Shown: piece after piece, positions 62,305 to 64,000 of the stretch | Layout: the number at the start of each line of letters is the position of its first letter | Position numbering within the stretch: the first letter of the stretch is position 1 | Origin: Paragordius varius | Lineage: Eukaryota > Animalia > Nematomorpha | Assembly (NCBI GenBank): GCA_964247055.1 | Contig: OZ176053.1 | Coordinates: 7,192,001 to 7,256,000 of the forward strand | Length of the DNA stretch: 64,000 bases | Direction of reading: 5' to 3' | Notes under the pieces: model-generated | The model's input: only the letters and a program-made list of their open reading frames with translations | Told to the model about the DNA's origin: nothing | Database searches by the model: none | Program-made: the position numbers and the translations under genes

Positions 62305-64000
62305 GTATGGTCCTTTAATATCCTATTTTTTATCACAGGACAAATGTCCTACAACTTTGGAAAAGTTTTTTGAAAGTGATTCTTCAAAAATATGGTTAGA
62401 GTCCCTACATGATCAAGCTTCTCTCTTATGTTATTAAATTGATAGAAGGTGACAAAATTTCGGCAATTGAATTAGTCAATTAAGTTAGAACCTAATTTTA
62501 ATGTCAAGAAAGGTTAGAAAATAATTTTATAACATTAACCATCCGCATATAAATAATTTAGAAAACCTAGGCATAATAAATCGCCAAGATATCCTGTTCC
62601 ATATAAAAATGTTTTATACAATCTGTAAAGATTATTTGGAAGACTGGACGACGCAATTCAATGAAATTGATCATTTTCATTGGATAACATTAAAACCATA
62701 ATTTAATTGGTGCGATGTTCAAAAATCATTTGATTATACCTGTCAAAAATTCTTAGTTAAAAGATATTTTAATAATGAAAAACTTAAATTATGGACAAAA
62801 AAATATACGGTAGAAAAGAAATGGTTGGAAATATTTCATCATTTTGAAGCCAACTATATTACATACAATAATATTTAAAAAAATATGGAATTTTCACTAT
62901 CTTTACCTGGAACCAACGCTGCTACTGAGCGCGTTTTTTCCACAGATCAGGTGTGGACATCGGAAAAATCAAATTTAAATGTTGAACCTTTAAAGGCCGT
63001 TTTATCTGTCAAATATAATTTGACAAATGTATAAAAATTTTTGGTTGTACCCCCCAATGCCCCCCCCCCTTCTCAGATTTGTCCCGCTTTTTCCTTCAAA
63101 AAATCTGGTCACCTTATATATGGCGCTTACTAAATTTTTTTCGGATTCTTAAAGTTTATCATATATTCTATACTTTAAAAATTGAGTCTCTCAAAACTCA
63201 AAACGTACAAAGGGACCTACAAATTTTACACACTATGTTTATATAAATAAATATACTTATATTAAAATGACATTTTGCAGCAATCAGTAATATTTATTAA
63301 TCAATTTTAATGCCAAATATGTTTTTCTTGAAAATAGAAAGGATTAAAAATATTTTTCGGTCGACGATTTTAAAAAAAGTTATTTTTATTTATACTTTCA
63401 ATTAATTTATTCTATATATTTTATGTTTTAAAGTTGTATTGTCAGAGCATAAATATTTATATATATATATATATATAAAAAATAATCTGGAAATTTTGGC
63501 GTATTAAGTTTGAGTTATTAAAATATCAATCTATTAATAACTAAAATTATTATACAAATGTAAAATATAACTTTATTCCCTAAAGACACTGTAGAAGCTA
63601 TTGAAATTAAAGCCTATGTTAAGGATACTTTATTACGAATTATATGAAAAACACTATTAAGTATTTTTGACCACTCCCAAGTTATAACATTTGTTTAACG
63701 AAATTAATTTGCCTTGTAATAAAAAATGATATAATAAATTTATTTTTATCATCAAGGAGATATATGTATTTTTATAATAACTCGTGTCATAGAGGCTAAA
63801 GATACAATATTATAAAGCATTATTTCTTAATGTGCTCAGTACTAATAGGTAGATTGCTGACGTGAGATATTAGGGGTGAAGTGATGTTTCCTCACTATTC
63901 ATGGAGAGAGTGGAGAGAAGGTTAAAAAACCTTCGGTAGAAATTTGATCATGAAGGCCAGAATTTTTATCACTTTGTGATATATCATGTTGTACTGGAGT

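Larger units (their letters stand above)
56864..63030 (+). pseudogene. Frameshifted hAT transposase interrupted by the Gypsy element
   Basis: BED-like C2H2 (CLICEG...HMETQKH), DASH, CADT, GCAAHLHNA, KTRWL; resumes at 62305 (YGPLISYFLSQ); dimerisation motif LPGTNAATERVFS. Confidence 0.9.
56234..63116 (+). mobile_element. hAT (Blackjack-like) DNA transposon with intact ends, about 2.4 kb without the nested LTR element
   Basis: TIR TAAGGTGACCAGA...TCTGGTCACCTTA; perfect 8-bp TSD TATATGGC on both sides; subterminal GTCCCGC repeats. Confidence 0.95.

Overview
This is very AT-rich eukaryotic DNA, most likely from an invertebrate animal (inferred from gene content and GT-AG introns). Seven spliced genes were reconstructed by hand: RCAN/calcipressin (+), SOD2 (-), COPB2 (+), a POMGNT1-like GT13 gene with two ILEI domains (-), GLRX5 (+), RBMX2 (-) and PTTG1IP (-). 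The rest is rich in mobile DNA: a TTAA-flanked piggyBac-like MITE family (at least 7 copies), Tc1-like and foldback elements, LINE remnants, and a hAT transposon with intact ends holding a young Ty3/Gypsy element with identical LTRs. Main highlights: (1) at least 7 ultra-short GT-AG introns of 21-27 nt, all near gene 5' ends, alongside introns of up to about 3 kb; (2) two head-to-head gene pairs with only 84 and 44 nt between start codons; (3) a type I hammerhead ribozyme inside a long-TIR element; (4) a duplicated transmembrane exon giving PTTG1IP an alternative Cys-rich C-terminus; (5) a probable GT13 pseudo-enzyme. Homologue comparisons are from memory; no database searches were run.
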